Assembly (NCBI RefSeq): GCF_018977255.1
Contig: NW_024704743.1
Location: 2,420,001-2,484,000, forward strand
Source: Callorhinchus milii
Taxonomy: Eukaryota
Direction: 5' to 3'
DNA length: 64,000 bases
The notes under the pieces are model-generated. The model saw only the letters and a program-made list of their open reading frames with translations, was not told the origin of the DNA and did no database searches. Shown here piece after piece: positions 25,893-38,635 of the stretch; the stretch's first letter is position 1, and each line of letters begins with the position of its first letter. Made by a program: the position numbers and the translations under genes.

Positions 25893-26039
25893 ATGTAAAT
25901 ATTCCAATCAAATAAAACAAGTTCAGAAATGAAGCTATTCATCAGGCAAGTTTATTTGCTAGGAACATGAGTTATGTCAACCACTGTCATTTAATTATTT
26001 GTTTTTTTAATTTTTTTGGTTAGAAGATTGCCACCTGGA

Positions 26040-26365
26040 ATAATAATAATAATAATAATCCTTGCATTTGATATAGCGCTTTTGATGTCAGGAGGACATC
26101 CCAAAGCGCTTCACAGAACACACTGTAAAGTGAATTGACTGTATATTTGTGGGCGAACGCGGCAGCCAATTGCGCACAGCAATGTCCCACAAACAGTCGT
26201 ATAATGAAAATGACCAATTTATTATTGGTTTTGGTTTTGGAGGATTATTATTAGGCTCTGTGTGGAGTAAGGAAACTTGCCCAAGGTTTGGCCCTCTGCC
26301 TGGGATTGAACTCAGGTCTCTCACTTGCAAAGCGAGTGCTCTAACCACTGAGCTACAGGACTCCA
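26040..26365 (-). mobile_element. Dominant SINE, internally deleted copy
   Basis: Tail (TAA)n through head GAGCTACAGGACTCC. Confidence 0.9.
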
Positions 26366-27124
26366 CGCCATGACAGGATGTCATCTCTTTCCAATAATGG
26401 ATAACCAACACCTTCCTGGAACACCAAGCAATCCGGGAAGCTATCCCGCTTGAAGGGCACTATATAAATGCAAGTTGTTGTTGTTGTATATCTTTCCCAG
26501 GAGGGGTGAAGAAACTTAATATAGATTAATACTTAATACTTGAGCTAATTGAATGGCTCAACATTACGCCCATAATGAATAAAAGGCTTTTTTGCCGAGG
26601 CTTCCTGACCCAGATATTGGTAAAAGAAGACAACGTTCGTCATTCAATCAATGACTTTTTGTGAGTCATCGTATTATAGGTTTAAAAAAAAGTGCTGAAA
26701 TATTATACAGCATATTCAGTAGGATCTGTCCCTATACCCCAAGCAGTTAAAATATAAATTAGTCACATGGAGTTGCAGCCAAATAACATATCGCAACCTG
26801 TTCATTTTTTTCCTCAAATCATTTATAGCACTAACAAATTGCGGCGGTAATTTAAATTATAGATCTCTTGCAACCTTGAGAGATACACATGGGAGCAAAA
26901 ATCAACTGCATCAATTAATAAAGGGAGTGATAGAAATTGATTTTGCATTTCGGTCTTTTTTTTTTTATTTTGGCCCTGGAATTTTGTAACCATTAATTCC
27001 CTCAGAAAGTCTAAATGTTTCTCACATAAATCATATTGCTACTGAAAAGTGAGAGCTCGGTGCAGTTTATCATCTGAATGATTCATCGAGGCTTTCAATC
27101 CATCTTCTCCATCAACCTTATTCA

Positions 27125-27140
27125 GCTGCCATCTGTGGGC
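27125..27140 (-). promoter_or_regulatory. CTCF-like motif at the start of intron 9
   Basis: Minus strand GCCCACAGATGGCAGC; deviates at two of the more degenerate positions. Confidence 0.3.
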
Positions 27141-27199
27141 GGGCGGGCAGGGGGGCGGGGGGCTGGGAAAGAGAGAAAGATTACGTCTGTGCCACCTAC

Positions 27200-27272
27200 C
27201 ATTTATCCTTCTCATAAGTGCTTCCTCCTGCAGGCTGACACAGTACATTTGCTCATCCAAATCCTCGAGAAT
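27200..27272 (-). CDS. LMBR1: LMBR1 exon 9 (73 nt): ILEDLDEQMYCVSLQEEALMRRIN
   Basis: ctgtag|ATTCTCGAG...AAATG|gtaggt. Matches the ILEDLDEQ...EEAL motif. Confidence 0.96.
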
Positions 27273-29549
27273 CTACAGATTTAATCAACGGAAAACAATT
27301 CAGCAAAAGAAATGCGCAACAATAGCTGAAATTTGTAGGTGTTTTTACACTTAAATCCAGTTACGTTTTTAATACTGATATATAAAGGATTAGTATTCCA
27401 CATTTTCCTTCAACAAGCCAGTCGCTGGTATTTTACAATTGGGCACAGCAATCTAGGAAATCAGAGGAACAGTTTTCATCGCAGGAGGGAAAATGTACTG
27501 AGAAGTTTCAGGATAAAAGAAAAACCTGCATCGTGTTATATATCGCAAGGACTGTTTAAGTTCAGACAAAACATTGTTGTAGTGTGCTCTTTCTCTGAAC
27601 CAGTGCCTTCCGGACACCTGCAACAAAGAGTCTTTGGACTCTGCAAGGTTCTCTTCCCAAGTCATCAGTAAAGCATACTGTCTATAATCAGACTGGAAGA
27701 CAGACTTGCATTAGTTGATAGAGAGGGCAATGTGCTTGCTATGTCAGCATCCTAATATATAATTCATTGCTGCTTCACAGTAGGCAATTCAGTGTTGCTC
27801 AGCAAAGTGTCATAATTGTTCATCCTAGGTTACAAAGTTAATTATCTCATAACAGCTTCCCATCTGAAATGGCAGCCACACTGATGACATTGTAATAGGA
27901 TATCTACTCGAAAAGATGAAAATTAATTTCAATCATTCTGGAAGTCACCCAAGAAGTCGTTTTTTTTGGGGGGGGGGGGGTGGGGGGGGCTTTCAAATTT
28001 CCTAATTTCTCAAACATTAACAAGCCTTCCATTTTTTACGCTCCTTATTTAGGTCAATCACGCATAATTGTCAGATTTGAAGCATTTCAGTTAACTATTA
28101 AAAGTGACCGTGTTTTTTTTTTAGAAAACCAATATGTATTTAATGATCAACAGTCCCAAAGTACCATTGTGGCTTTAAAGTTGGAAACACACGCACATAG
28201 CAAGGTCTCTCAGCTCACACGGAATCAGATTCCTAGGAATATATTTCCCTAGGAATGGTATAATAATAATAATTCTTGCATTTGATACAGAGCCTTAGCA
28301 CATCTTCGAGATGTCTCAAAGCGCTTCACAGAATACGCTGTAGAGTGAATTGACTGTATATTGTGTGGGCAAAACGCGGCAGCCAATTGCGCACAGCAGC
28401 GTCCCATAAACAGTCGTGGATGAATGACCAAATTATTATTATTTTTTGAGAAGGGATTATTACCCTCGGAAAAAGGATAATATGATGGATCAAGAAGGTT
28501 CCAGTGGCACCCATGGAGATTGGGTTCCTCTTGAGTGAGGTGAGAACAAAAGAATAATAACGAACATTTTAAACGTTTAAAGATTGTCAGTGGAGTCAGT
28601 TTCCCCTTCTTGAGAGAGTAGGAGACCGGCTCTAAGGGTTTGTGCCGGGGAAGCAGAGTAGATACAAGCTGGAAGTTAAAAGCAACACATCAGGAGACTC
28701 CCTGGTGTGTCAGTGAGTTTATTTAGTGCGTACATACATGAACCACACAGATTTAAGGTCCCGGGTTCAATCTCCGGTCTGTGCTGTTGGAAGTTATTTT
28801 GGAAGCAAAATGGGATCATAGAATCATAGAATTGTACAGCACAGGAGGCCATTCGGCCCATCGTGTCTGTGCCGGCTGTTTGAAAAGAGCTTCCAAATCA
28901 ACCCCACTTCCCCGCTTTCTCCCCATAGCCCTGCAAACTTGTCTTCCCAAATGTACAAGATTATAGGGAATGTATGTGTAGAGAGAAGATGAGGAGTTCA
29001 GATGATACCATCCCACTACTCATTACCCCACTACTTGGGATTTTACTGATTATTTTCCATTTTGCAATATGTATTCCCTAATGGTTAGTTTTTCAACCCT
29101 ATAGTCTTTGTTCGTCTTCAAAAATAATAATAATAATTTGGTCACTCAATCCACGGCTGTTTGCGGGGACGCTGCTGTGTGCAATTGGCTGCCGCGTTCG
29201 GCCCACAAAATACAGCCAATTCACTTTACAGTGTATTCTGTGAAATGCTTTGAGACGTTTCGAAGACATGATAAGGCACTATATTAAATACAAAGATTAT
29301 TATTATTATTAATATAGTAGGGATATCACAGGGTGTAGGTATTGATCAATAGTGATCTCAGATCATCCACCAATTTCCTGCATATTTAGCCAATTTACAG
29401 AAGTCAGCTGGCTTTTTTTTTGGTCAGCTGGGTGTCTGATACCTGTGGAAACCCATGGCTGTGCTTAAAGAGTATCCAAACCAAACTTTCATTTCAGAAC
29501 GTCTCAGAGCCCTTGACACAACAGACAGGGAGATCCCAAGTTGTGTGTG

Positions 29550-29900
29550 TGGGGGGGGAGGAGGAGGAGGAAGGAAAGAGAGGAGCTAAGAAGGGGAGGA
29601 GAAAGGTGACCAAAAGCACAGTTGAAAAGATGGATCTTAAGATGGGTTTTGGAGAGAGTTGCGGAGAGATTCTACGATGGAGTTGAAGAGGTTGGACACA
29701 GAGCAGAGGAAAGCTCGCCCACCGCTGGTGAGATGGATTGGGTGGGGGATATGAGGCAGGTACAACAGGAGGTGGCAATGGATGGTAAGGGTGAGGCAAA
29801 GAGACAATGTGAAGGAAGGCATGTGAAAGAGAGGCCAAGAATCTTCAATATAATCCTCTGAGGAAAGAGGTGTGTAAGAGGATGCGGGTGGCAGATTTCT
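29550..29900 (-). mobile_element. L2 LINE 3' fragment, old
   Basis: SGGRAF-like peptide and similarity to other L2 ends. Confidence 0.7.
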
Positions 29901-30459
29901 GGATGGTTTGCAGTTCGTGTCGGAGCCCTGCGAGCTGGGCGGAGGGAGTAACTGAGTCTGGAGTTAATGGACTGAGGTTGCACATCAGCTCCACGAGTTG
30001 GGACTGAGCATCCAAGCAGGTCAATGCAGTCAACACCTATTGTGAGTAGAGTAGTGACTAGAGCAAAAGCAAACGAGCCTCAGCCCCGTCGACACTGAGC
30101 TACAGTCATCTGGGAATTGACGTCAAAGCAACCCAATGCGACCCGACCTGCATACAAAGGCTAGAGATAATAACTTAGAAAAACCTACAGGGAAATCACA
30201 AACCAGTGACCTGAGACACATCCCCACAGGAAGACGGCAGTGTGGGGCTACATCACAAACCGTGCATCAGTTTGGAAAGAGGGAAAGCAGGGAAGCAGCA
30301 TGCTGCGCGCTCAGATCCATCACTTAGAGATGCACCACATCCCCTTCCCGTTCGGAAAGGCACTCAGGGCTAATAAAGGCTGAACAGAAATCTCAACTCT
30401 ACGAGGGAACAAATGGAACGGCCGCTATTTTTCAGGCCTGAGCAAAAGCACTTTGAGGG

Positions 30460-30486
30460 GAGAGAGAGAGAGAGAGAGAGAGAGAG
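30460..30486. repeat. (GA)n microsatellite
   Basis: Directly visible. Confidence 0.95.
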
Positions 30487-31149
30487 GTAAAGCAGGGAAA
30501 TTGCTGGCAAGGCAACTAAAACAGGCAAAAGCGGTGGCAGCAATCTGAGCGATTAGCAACAGGGCAGGTCTATTAAAATTAATCAGGAATTCAGTGAATT
30601 TTATAGGCTTCTGCACCAATCAAAACCTGTGCAGGGGTTCGGTAGATTGTTTGCAGGTCTGAAAATATGACTATGACGAGGAAGCACTTTAAACAGAAAA
30701 TACTCGTGTAGACATTCCTTCCTCTTTAAAGAGGCCACGTAAAATCTCCTCTGAAGCGGTTCATTTTTGTAGCTTCGAATTTTAACCAGAAACTTACGGA
30801 AAACAAACTGTACTGACTCACCGCAGTGTCATTCTCACTATCCACAGCAGAATGGTTTAATCCACGACAGAACAAAGATCTGAACAATCTTAGCAATCTT
30901 GTGCTGTTGCACAGAACAAAGATCCATGATACCATTCGAAAATAGAAGAGTTTCTCCTTGTTTTCCTGGTCGATATTCCCTCCACATAAAACTGAACAGT
31001 AAACAGGTTGTGGATCGCGTGAATAACACAAGTAGATGAGGTTGTGCAACACAAATCATAGAATATTACGGCACAGAAGGAGGCCATCCTGTTGTTCCAC
31101 AAGTAATAGCAAAGATTGTTAATATTGTTCATTTTCGTGACCCACAACC

Positions 31150-31740
31150 TTACCTATTTTTGTACTTTTTTTTCTGGATAACTGGATTTATATGCTTTGG
31201 CATCAAAAAGTAGGGGTCCATCACCGCCCTGCCTTATAAGCAAGACAGTGCTATAGAGAATGATATGCGAATGGCAGTGAATGGCGCTATGATAGGAGTT
31301 TTCTGTATATGCATTTAACGCCAGACCCGGAGAGATGGTTAGGATGGTGGACATGTCCAAGAAACATCTCGACAGTGGGGTAAGTGTTTGGGAAGAACCG
31401 ATCAGATCACATGGTCCAAAGGGCTTTCTTACTACACATCTCTCTTGTGAGTTCATGAACAGAGGCGGGGATATGGATGTTCGAGACGGGAAGTGTGAAA
31501 GTTTCGCACCCCCTCGTCTCCCGGTTTGTTCTACGGATTCTTGGCATGCGAGAAGATGAAGCAAAGGGCAGAAAGACTGCTAACTGGAATTAAGCATCTG
31601 AGTTACGAGAGGCTGGGGATGTTTAGGGGAGATCTTAGTGAAGATATTTGAGATCCTAAAGGGTATAGATCAATATACCCTTAATAATACGTTCAGCACT
31701 GTCACCTTGTACAACAAGGAGGTATAGATTCGGTGTTAGG
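31150..31740 (+). mobile_element. Old CR1-type LINE fragment
   Basis: Degenerate similarity to CR1 ORF2 C-terminal regions (AGTTACGAGAGGCTGGGGATGTTT..GGAGATCTTAGTGAAG). Confidence 0.55.
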
Positions 31741-32022
31741 AAGATGGAAAGTAACAGCCAATGCAGACTGAATTATTTTACAAAACAAAATTCACTGCCC
31801 AGGAAAGCTCTGAAACCAGATTGTGTCAGCAAATTCAAGAGGGAATTAAGATAAGAGTCTTTTTGGAAAGAAATTGCTCAAGGGGTATGAGAAGTGGAAT
31901 AGAATGGGATTTTTTAAAAAAACTTTTGAACCAGGCAGAAGGACTGCAATATCCGGTACATTTTAATGGCCATTAAAAAAAACTCACCTCTGGTCACAAC
32001 AGCCAAAGTGCTGATAACTTAC

Positions 32023-32087
32023 CGTAGGTTTTACCAGCAACTGTCCCATCACTGTGAACATTGTGGAGAGTCCGACTGGTGTACACA
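32023..32087 (-). CDS. LMBR1: LMBR1 exon 8 (65 nt): LCTPVGLSTMFTVMGQLLVKPT
   Basis: ctctag|TGTGTACACC...CCTACG|gtaagt. Confidence 0.97.
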
Positions 32088-34597
32088 CTAGAGAGAGAAA
32101 AAAAAATCAAAGGCTATTATTATTTATATATATTTTTTGAAAAGATTATTACCCCCGGAAAAGCGATCAGAAGCAAATTGACTAACAACCGGGTTCCTAC
32201 TTGCTGCTGGGTAAACAGAGGCGCGCGTGTGTGTGTGTGTGTCTGGAGTAAGGAAACTTGCCCAATGTTTCGCCCCGACCTGCCCGGGAATCGAACCCGG
32301 GTCCCCTCGCTTGAGGAGGCTCTGAGTAAATCGGTTTGTACTGGTGTGGAGCTGGCTCAATTAAAACCTATTGCACTTTCCTTTTATACCCTTTCCTGCT
32401 ACCTCCTCCCATCTGAAGTCTTCTCTCCTGCATTCTTCTTCTTTATTATTATTAATAATATTATTATTATTCTCCCACAGCCTCAGAGTTCGCTTGCCTA
32501 AAATTCACTCTTCTTTATGGGTTTCCTTCAACTTTCTTCCCGCATTTCTTCTCAGAAGATTTAACAACGTTTTGGTCCCTAGACCCCAGATGTTCCTTCA
32601 GGTCTACTTTATTAATCAGCCACTGATCGTTAGTTAAAGCCAGATCTAGTGCTGTATTTTCCTGGTTAGTTTCCTACTTTTAGTAAGAAATCTTGCACAA
32701 TCTCAGCAAATGCTTTCACGAGCAGAGTGTCCTAAATGTGATGATTGATACGACAATTTTTTTTAAAAAAAAGCCCGATTCTTTGAAAATTCCTCAACCA
32801 CAACATCAAAAGATATTAATAGACCTGAAGGTGTACAAAATGGTACCCCAAAGCCCCAGGTCTGGGGAGCACAAAAAAATGCAGGAAACTCTAGGTAAAG
32901 AGGGAACACTCATAAAATTATTGCCAAGATACAAATGAATTAAGACAAATCCGATTCGCCAACAATTTACAATGATAGAGCACCTTTCACGACAGAAGGA
33001 CGTCGCAAAGAGCTTCACACAGTTGACTGGAACACAATTGAAACAACAACAAGAGATGGGTCTTGAGGCAGATTTTGAAGGCAGAGTGAGAGGGACAAGG
33101 CAGAGGCACTCAAGGTTGAAGTTCCAGAGAGAGACAGAGAGAGAGAGAGATACAGCAGGAGAGTTGCATTGCAGAAGGTCGCACGGGTAAAGTGGGAGCA
33201 ATTCAATCATTTAATCTCTAAAGAGGAAATGCACATCACATACAAATGAATGGACATTTCCGCTGAGGAATTCAAATTTTTGGGGGGGATCCTCTTGAAA
33301 ACTAAATAGCTCGGTTCAAGAAACCATTTTAAACGTAATCCAAAACGTCAACGTGAAACCAAGTAAGATTCTAACATGTCAGATTGCAATGTTTTTTTTG
33401 CTATAAAACACAGCCTTGTGAAATTAGAAGCTTCTTCCCTTGATCTAATTCACTCTGTTTAGTACTGTTTACATCTCACTCACTGACTACTTCACCAGCA
33501 TGATTCAAAGGCTCAACAGCAACAAGACCAGGGAACAGAGGCTGTATATGAACCACAGCATTAGAAAATACATTGAAACCTTTTTGTGGTTCAGAAATAT
33601 ATGTCTATGTGGAACATCTTCACAATAATTCACACCGAACAGAAATAATAAGTTTCGTATTTTTGTCCACAAAGTACACAGTGCATCCACTTTACAGTAT
33701 ATTCTGTGCAGCGCTTTGAGACGTTTCAATTTCAAGTGATGAGGCCCTATGTCAAATGCAAGGATTATTATTATTACATATTTATACAATTTTCTCCATA
33801 TAAAATCCTTCATTTTGCTTCTCTATTCAGACACACGTTCCAAGTTGTTAACAGTGCCTATGTGCGGGTGGGGGTGGGGGCTGAGTTATTTGAGCGATGT
33901 TTTTTTTTTAGGCTGACAACACTTTTTTGCTCCCTCAACCCCAGTCTGCATTCTGATCATCTTGGCCTTTACATGGAAGGAAGGAAACAGTCAACATCAG
34001 GTCAACTCATGTAATATTCATTTAAAATATTACATTATGAAGACTACTGGGATTTCGTCTGGCACTATACAGTAGATGGGTCGAAATGACTAAACATCAA
34101 TCCGATATCACGTGCGCATGAGCAGAGCTCTGATTATTACAGTCAATGAAGACCATCTTCCTGGGGAGTAAGCTTAGAAATGCTTATGATTTCTTTATTC
34201 CCATCGCATCCGGCAGTTTAAATTCTTCGCATGTACATTGACCTCTATCTACGCAGACCTGCACAACTGGATCTTGTTTCGACCGAGCCGCAGTCCGCTC
34301 CGGCGATCCAAAAACCGAACCCCCCACAAAAAATTGCTAAATCATTTTAAAAGAGCGAAGTAAAACCATCGTGATTGTGGAAAGTATTTTAGGACAGTCT
34401 TTGACTCCTCTGAAGGAGCGGGCAGTCCGAGTGCTGACAGGCCAGGCCAGGCCCAACCTGCAGTCAGAAGTGTAGTAATTCTGTCAACATTCACTGCAAT
34501 TTAGTGCACAGTCCACCCGCTGTCTTGTCAGCCGTGGGCTGTAAACCGGGAACAGGGAAGGTTTGCGCTCGGGTGTCTACGCTGTGGGGCAGACTGT

Positions 34598-34632
34598 CAG
34601 TGACCTCTGGTGGCTAACGAGTGAAACTGCAG
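34598..34632 (-). promoter_or_regulatory. Extended CTCF motif (upstream module plus core) in intron 7
   Basis: Minus strand CTGCAGTTTC-actcgt-TAGCCACCAGAGGTCACTG: TGCAG module, 6-nt spacer, then core. Sits in a CpG-rich patch. Confidence 0.65.
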
Positions 34633-35637
34633 CTCGACCGTGGTGAAGCGCCCGCTTGACGATTTGATCCGAGAGCTTCTGTCGGGATGTCGAGGCCCTC
34701 TCAAAGTCACCGGCGCGGTTTACCGCGAAACCCAGTGACTGTGGATTTGCAGGTGAACGTGGCGGCCCAATTGCCGCCGCAGTTGCCCCCCAACAACATC
34801 CACGAAGTGAACGGACAATTTTATCTGGAGGATTATTAGCCAAAGGCACCGAGAGTAACAAAGTCCCTGTGTTTGCCGACCGTGACAACGGGATTTTAAA
34901 TGTCCAGCTGAACAGGTGGAGGACAGCAGCTCTGAGGCATAGTGATAGAATGGCGAGAGGGAGGGAGGGAGGGAGGGAAGGAGGGATGAGTAAATGTTTC
35001 CAGGCTCCCTCCTGCCCACATGCACGTTCCCCAGATATCTAGGAAAGTAATAATAATAATAATAATAATCCTTGTATTTTTTTTTGGAGGGATTATTACC
35101 CCCGGAAAAGTGATCCGCCAATCAACGAACAACCGTGTTCCTACTGACTGCTGGTAAACAGAGGCGTGTGTGCGGAGTAAGGAAACTTGCCCAACGTTTC
35201 GCCCCGACCTGCCCGGGAATCAAACCCGGGTCCTCTTGTTTGAGAAGCGAGTGCTCTAACCTCAGTACTCTGCTCAAATGGTTATTGTTCATGTGCGAGT
35301 CTTGGAAACAAGTCTCACTCAACAGACCACCTCGACTGTAGAAGGTATCAGAGCTGAGCCTGACTTTTTCCACATCTTCTGCTACAATACAGACACCCCC
35401 CCACCCCAACCGCTTACACACACACACACACACGTACACTTGTCACACCCAGGGCTGCCTCTGCAAGTGAATATTAAACCTAAACGTTTCAGAATTCATG
35501 GCCAACATGAGCAACACCTGCCCTGTTTTCTCCGACATCCCCTCCCGTCACGTAGTGCACATCGCGTTCCGCACCTAAATTGTTGTCGCTTTACAATCAT
35601 GTCCAAAGCCTTCGCCGCAGACACAGAACATTGTGCA

Positions 35638-35656
35638 GCACCCCACCTAGTGGACC
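35638..35656 (-). promoter_or_regulatory. CTCF-like motif in intron 7
   Basis: Minus strand CCACTAGGTGGGGTGC: 11/11 of CCASYAGRKGG, then G instead of C. Confidence 0.4.
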
Positions 35657-35696
35657 ACACAAAGCACACACGGGAATGGAAAACGGCGGCGTGGAA

Positions 35697-36070
35697 ATAA
35701 TAATCTTTGCCTTTGATACAACGCCTTATCGTGTCTTCGAGTCGCCTCAAAGCGCTTCACAGAATATATTGTAAAGTGCAGTGACTGTGTATTTTGTGGG
35801 CGAAATGCGGCCGCCAATTGCGCACAGCAGCGTCCCCGCAAACAGGCGTGGGTTGAATGATCTAATTTTTTTTTGAGGGATTATTAATCCCGGAGAAGCG
35901 ATCCGCCAATCGATTTACAACCAGATTCCTACTGACTGCTGGTAAACAGAGGCGTGTGTTTGTGTGTGTGTAGTAAGGAAACTTGGCCAACTTTTCACCT
36001 GCCCGGGAATCAAACCGGTTCCTCGCGCTTGTGAGGCGAGTGCTCTAATCACTGAGCTACAGGACTCCAC
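35697..36070 (-). mobile_element. Dominant SINE, full-length
   Basis: Complete reverse-complement copy. Confidence 0.92.
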
Positions 36071-36453
36071 AGTTTAACAAGCAGTTCTATCAGTTGGATG
36101 TTAAACTGCTTGCTTGAAAAGAACAATTGGGTAAAAGATGGAGAAAAGGTACCTAGAATATGATTTATATCTAACTAATAAAGCGTAGTTAACTCACACT
36201 CAAATAACTTGTGCCCAGTGCAAGTGAAATTCAACTCACATCTCATAATTTTTCATTAAATATCCCGCTCATACCATATCTTAACAAAAGCAAAAATAAT
36301 GATAATTAATAGCAGATAGGTTGCCATGAAAGGTTTTTTCCCACAGTATTTGCTCTCAATATTGAAGCAGTCTCCATGAAATATGGCAAATATCTTATCA
36401 CGTATGGTATAAATTAGGTTACCTAATCTTTTAGCGATAGAAGAATTACTTAC

Positions 36454-36522
36454 AGAGAAGCAGTAAACCTCCCATCAAAGAAATGCAGGAATATAAATAA
36501 GGGAGATAAAATTCCCAAAGAT
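36454..36522 (-). CDS. LMBR1: LMBR1 exon 7 (69 nt): DLWEFYLPYLYSCISLMGGLLLL
   Basis: cccacag|ATCTTTGG...CTTCTCT|gtaagt. Phase is consistent with neighbouring exons. Confidence 0.97.
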
Positions 36523-36789
36523 CTGTGGGAAAAAACACAAGAAAATATGTTTTAGTAACTTTCAAGTTTTCCAAAGAAAAGTTGGTTTGATACAGTATTT
36601 ACTGCAGAAACCTATGCAATAACTTAGAAATACAATATAAATGTTGCACTTTAAGATTACAATGCTAAATCAAAAGCGTGTAATACCCAAATAGCTGCAA
36701 CTGAAAAGTTTTTGAACTGCACTTCACATACAGACAAGAGAAAAAAAAATGCAGGAATCGATTTGAATTGCAAAATAAAATCGCAATGA

Positions 36790-37170
36790 TAACAATAATA
36801 CTTGCATTTGATGCAGCGCCTTATCAGGTCTTCGAGGTGTCTCAAAGCGCTTCGCAGAAAATATTGTAAAGCAAATTGATTGTATATTTTGTGGGCGAAA
36901 CGCAGCAGCTAATTGCGCACAACAGTGTCTTACAAACAGTCGTGGATTGAGTGATCAAATTATTAGTATTTTTTTTAAAGGATTATTATCTCCGGAAAAA
37001 CGATTTGCCAATCGATTAACAACCGGGTTCCTACTCACTAGGTAAACAGGGGCGTGTGTGTGGAGAAAGGAAACTTGCCCAACGTTTCGCCCTGACCTGC
37101 CCGGGAATCAAACCCAGGTCCTCTCGCTTGCGAGGTGAGTGCTCTAACCCCTGAGCCACAGGACTCCACA
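36790..37170 (-). mobile_element. Dominant SINE, full-length
   Basis: Complete reverse-complement copy. Confidence 0.92.
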
Positions 37171-38508
37171 ATGCAAAGTCACCACAAGAGTAAAACAAAG
37201 CCTAGTATAAAGACTTTTCTTAGATCGTCAATACATTTGTGGTAATGAAGCCATCTTCAGCTTTGCAGCCAACTCGCCAACATCTTTCTCGGCTGGGTGT
37301 TGGAAACAAAGTTATTTGGGAACGAAAAAAAAGCCAATCCATGACATGAAAAGAAAGTTAGAGGATTAACTGGAAGATAGTTTGTTATATTTTTATTGGC
37401 TTTGGCCTTGTTATTGTCAATTTGGACAGGGTCCAAATGTAGACTTCATACACATTTATCATGTTATTTTATGCATAGCTTTATAGGGCAATTAAACCGC
37501 ACACCCTGCAATTCAGTGTTTAATACTGTCATACAAGCAGCTCAGCTAGATTTCAGCTTCTACACATTGATGTAAGAGAAATGCAAACTTTCAGAAATAG
37601 TGAGAATAATAATAATCCTTGCATTTTTATACAGCGCCTTATCACGCCATTGAGATGCCTCAAAGCGCTTCACAGAATATACTGTAAAGTAAACTGACGG
37701 GAGATTTTGAGGGCCAAACGCGGCAGCCAATTGCGCACAGCAGCGTCCCCACAAACAGCCGTGGTTTGACCGGATTGTTACTATTATTTTTCTTTTGGAA
37801 GGGAGAATGTCAGGAGGAAGCTTCAATCGCACGCGGTTTCAACTTTGCATCGTGAATTGTGAAAACTCTCCCGATCAGGATTAAATTGACGTAGTTTCTC
37901 TTTTTTTAAAAAAAAAAGCATTTACATAACAGCGCTAGCCACTGTGCAGAGCCGGACACGACTAACCATGTCCACCGAACATATGAGAAACACCACAACT
38001 CCATCTGTTATTGCTCTTAAACCTGGAGCCATTAACTGTTGAGCAGAAAGAATCTCAGCCACGGCAAACAACGACAACAATTTGCATTTACACAGCGCCC
38101 TTCACTGGGGAGGGGGTGGAGGTAAACATGGTCGAAGAGGAAGCTCTTCAGTCGTGATCTAAAAGAGGGGAAGGAGGGGGCAAGGCAGCGGGATTTGGGG
38201 AGGAAGTACCAAAGCTTCGTAATTCTGTGATTAATCATCTCTCCAGGTGCTGGAAGCAGATATTGTACTGGTCTCTCGCACCACTCCTTCCACAGATTGC
38301 ACGAGCAGAACATTCCTAGTTGAGGTATAAAGTCTTTCGCCCACAAAATATAGTCAATTCACTTTATAGTGCATCCTGTGAATCGCTTTGAGACGTCTCG
38401 AAGGTGTGCTAAGGGCCTATATCAAATGCAAGGATTATTATTATTATTATTAAAGCACATTTTTAAACCCTCAATCAAAAGTAGCCAAAGTATTTTCAAT
38501 CCACTTAC

Positions 38509-38635
38509 CGTATAAAGATTCCATACTGGCAGCATCGTTGTCAATCAGAGCTGAAGCCACCCAGACTATTCCCAATATAAGTAATGCGAGGAGAATAAGC
38601 ATCACAAAGGTCTCCAAAATGCGTGCCTTAATCCC
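38509..38635 (-). CDS. LMBR1: LMBR1 exon 6 (127 nt): GIKARILETFVMLILLALLILGIVWVASALIDNDAASMESLY
   Basis: tttag|GGGATT...TATACG|gtaagt. Peptide is recognisably LMBR1. Confidence 0.97.

Noticed and set aside
27339..27671. Overlapping short ORFs just upstream of exon 9
   Set aside because: No recognisable protein, and the LMBR1 frame is already complete without them.
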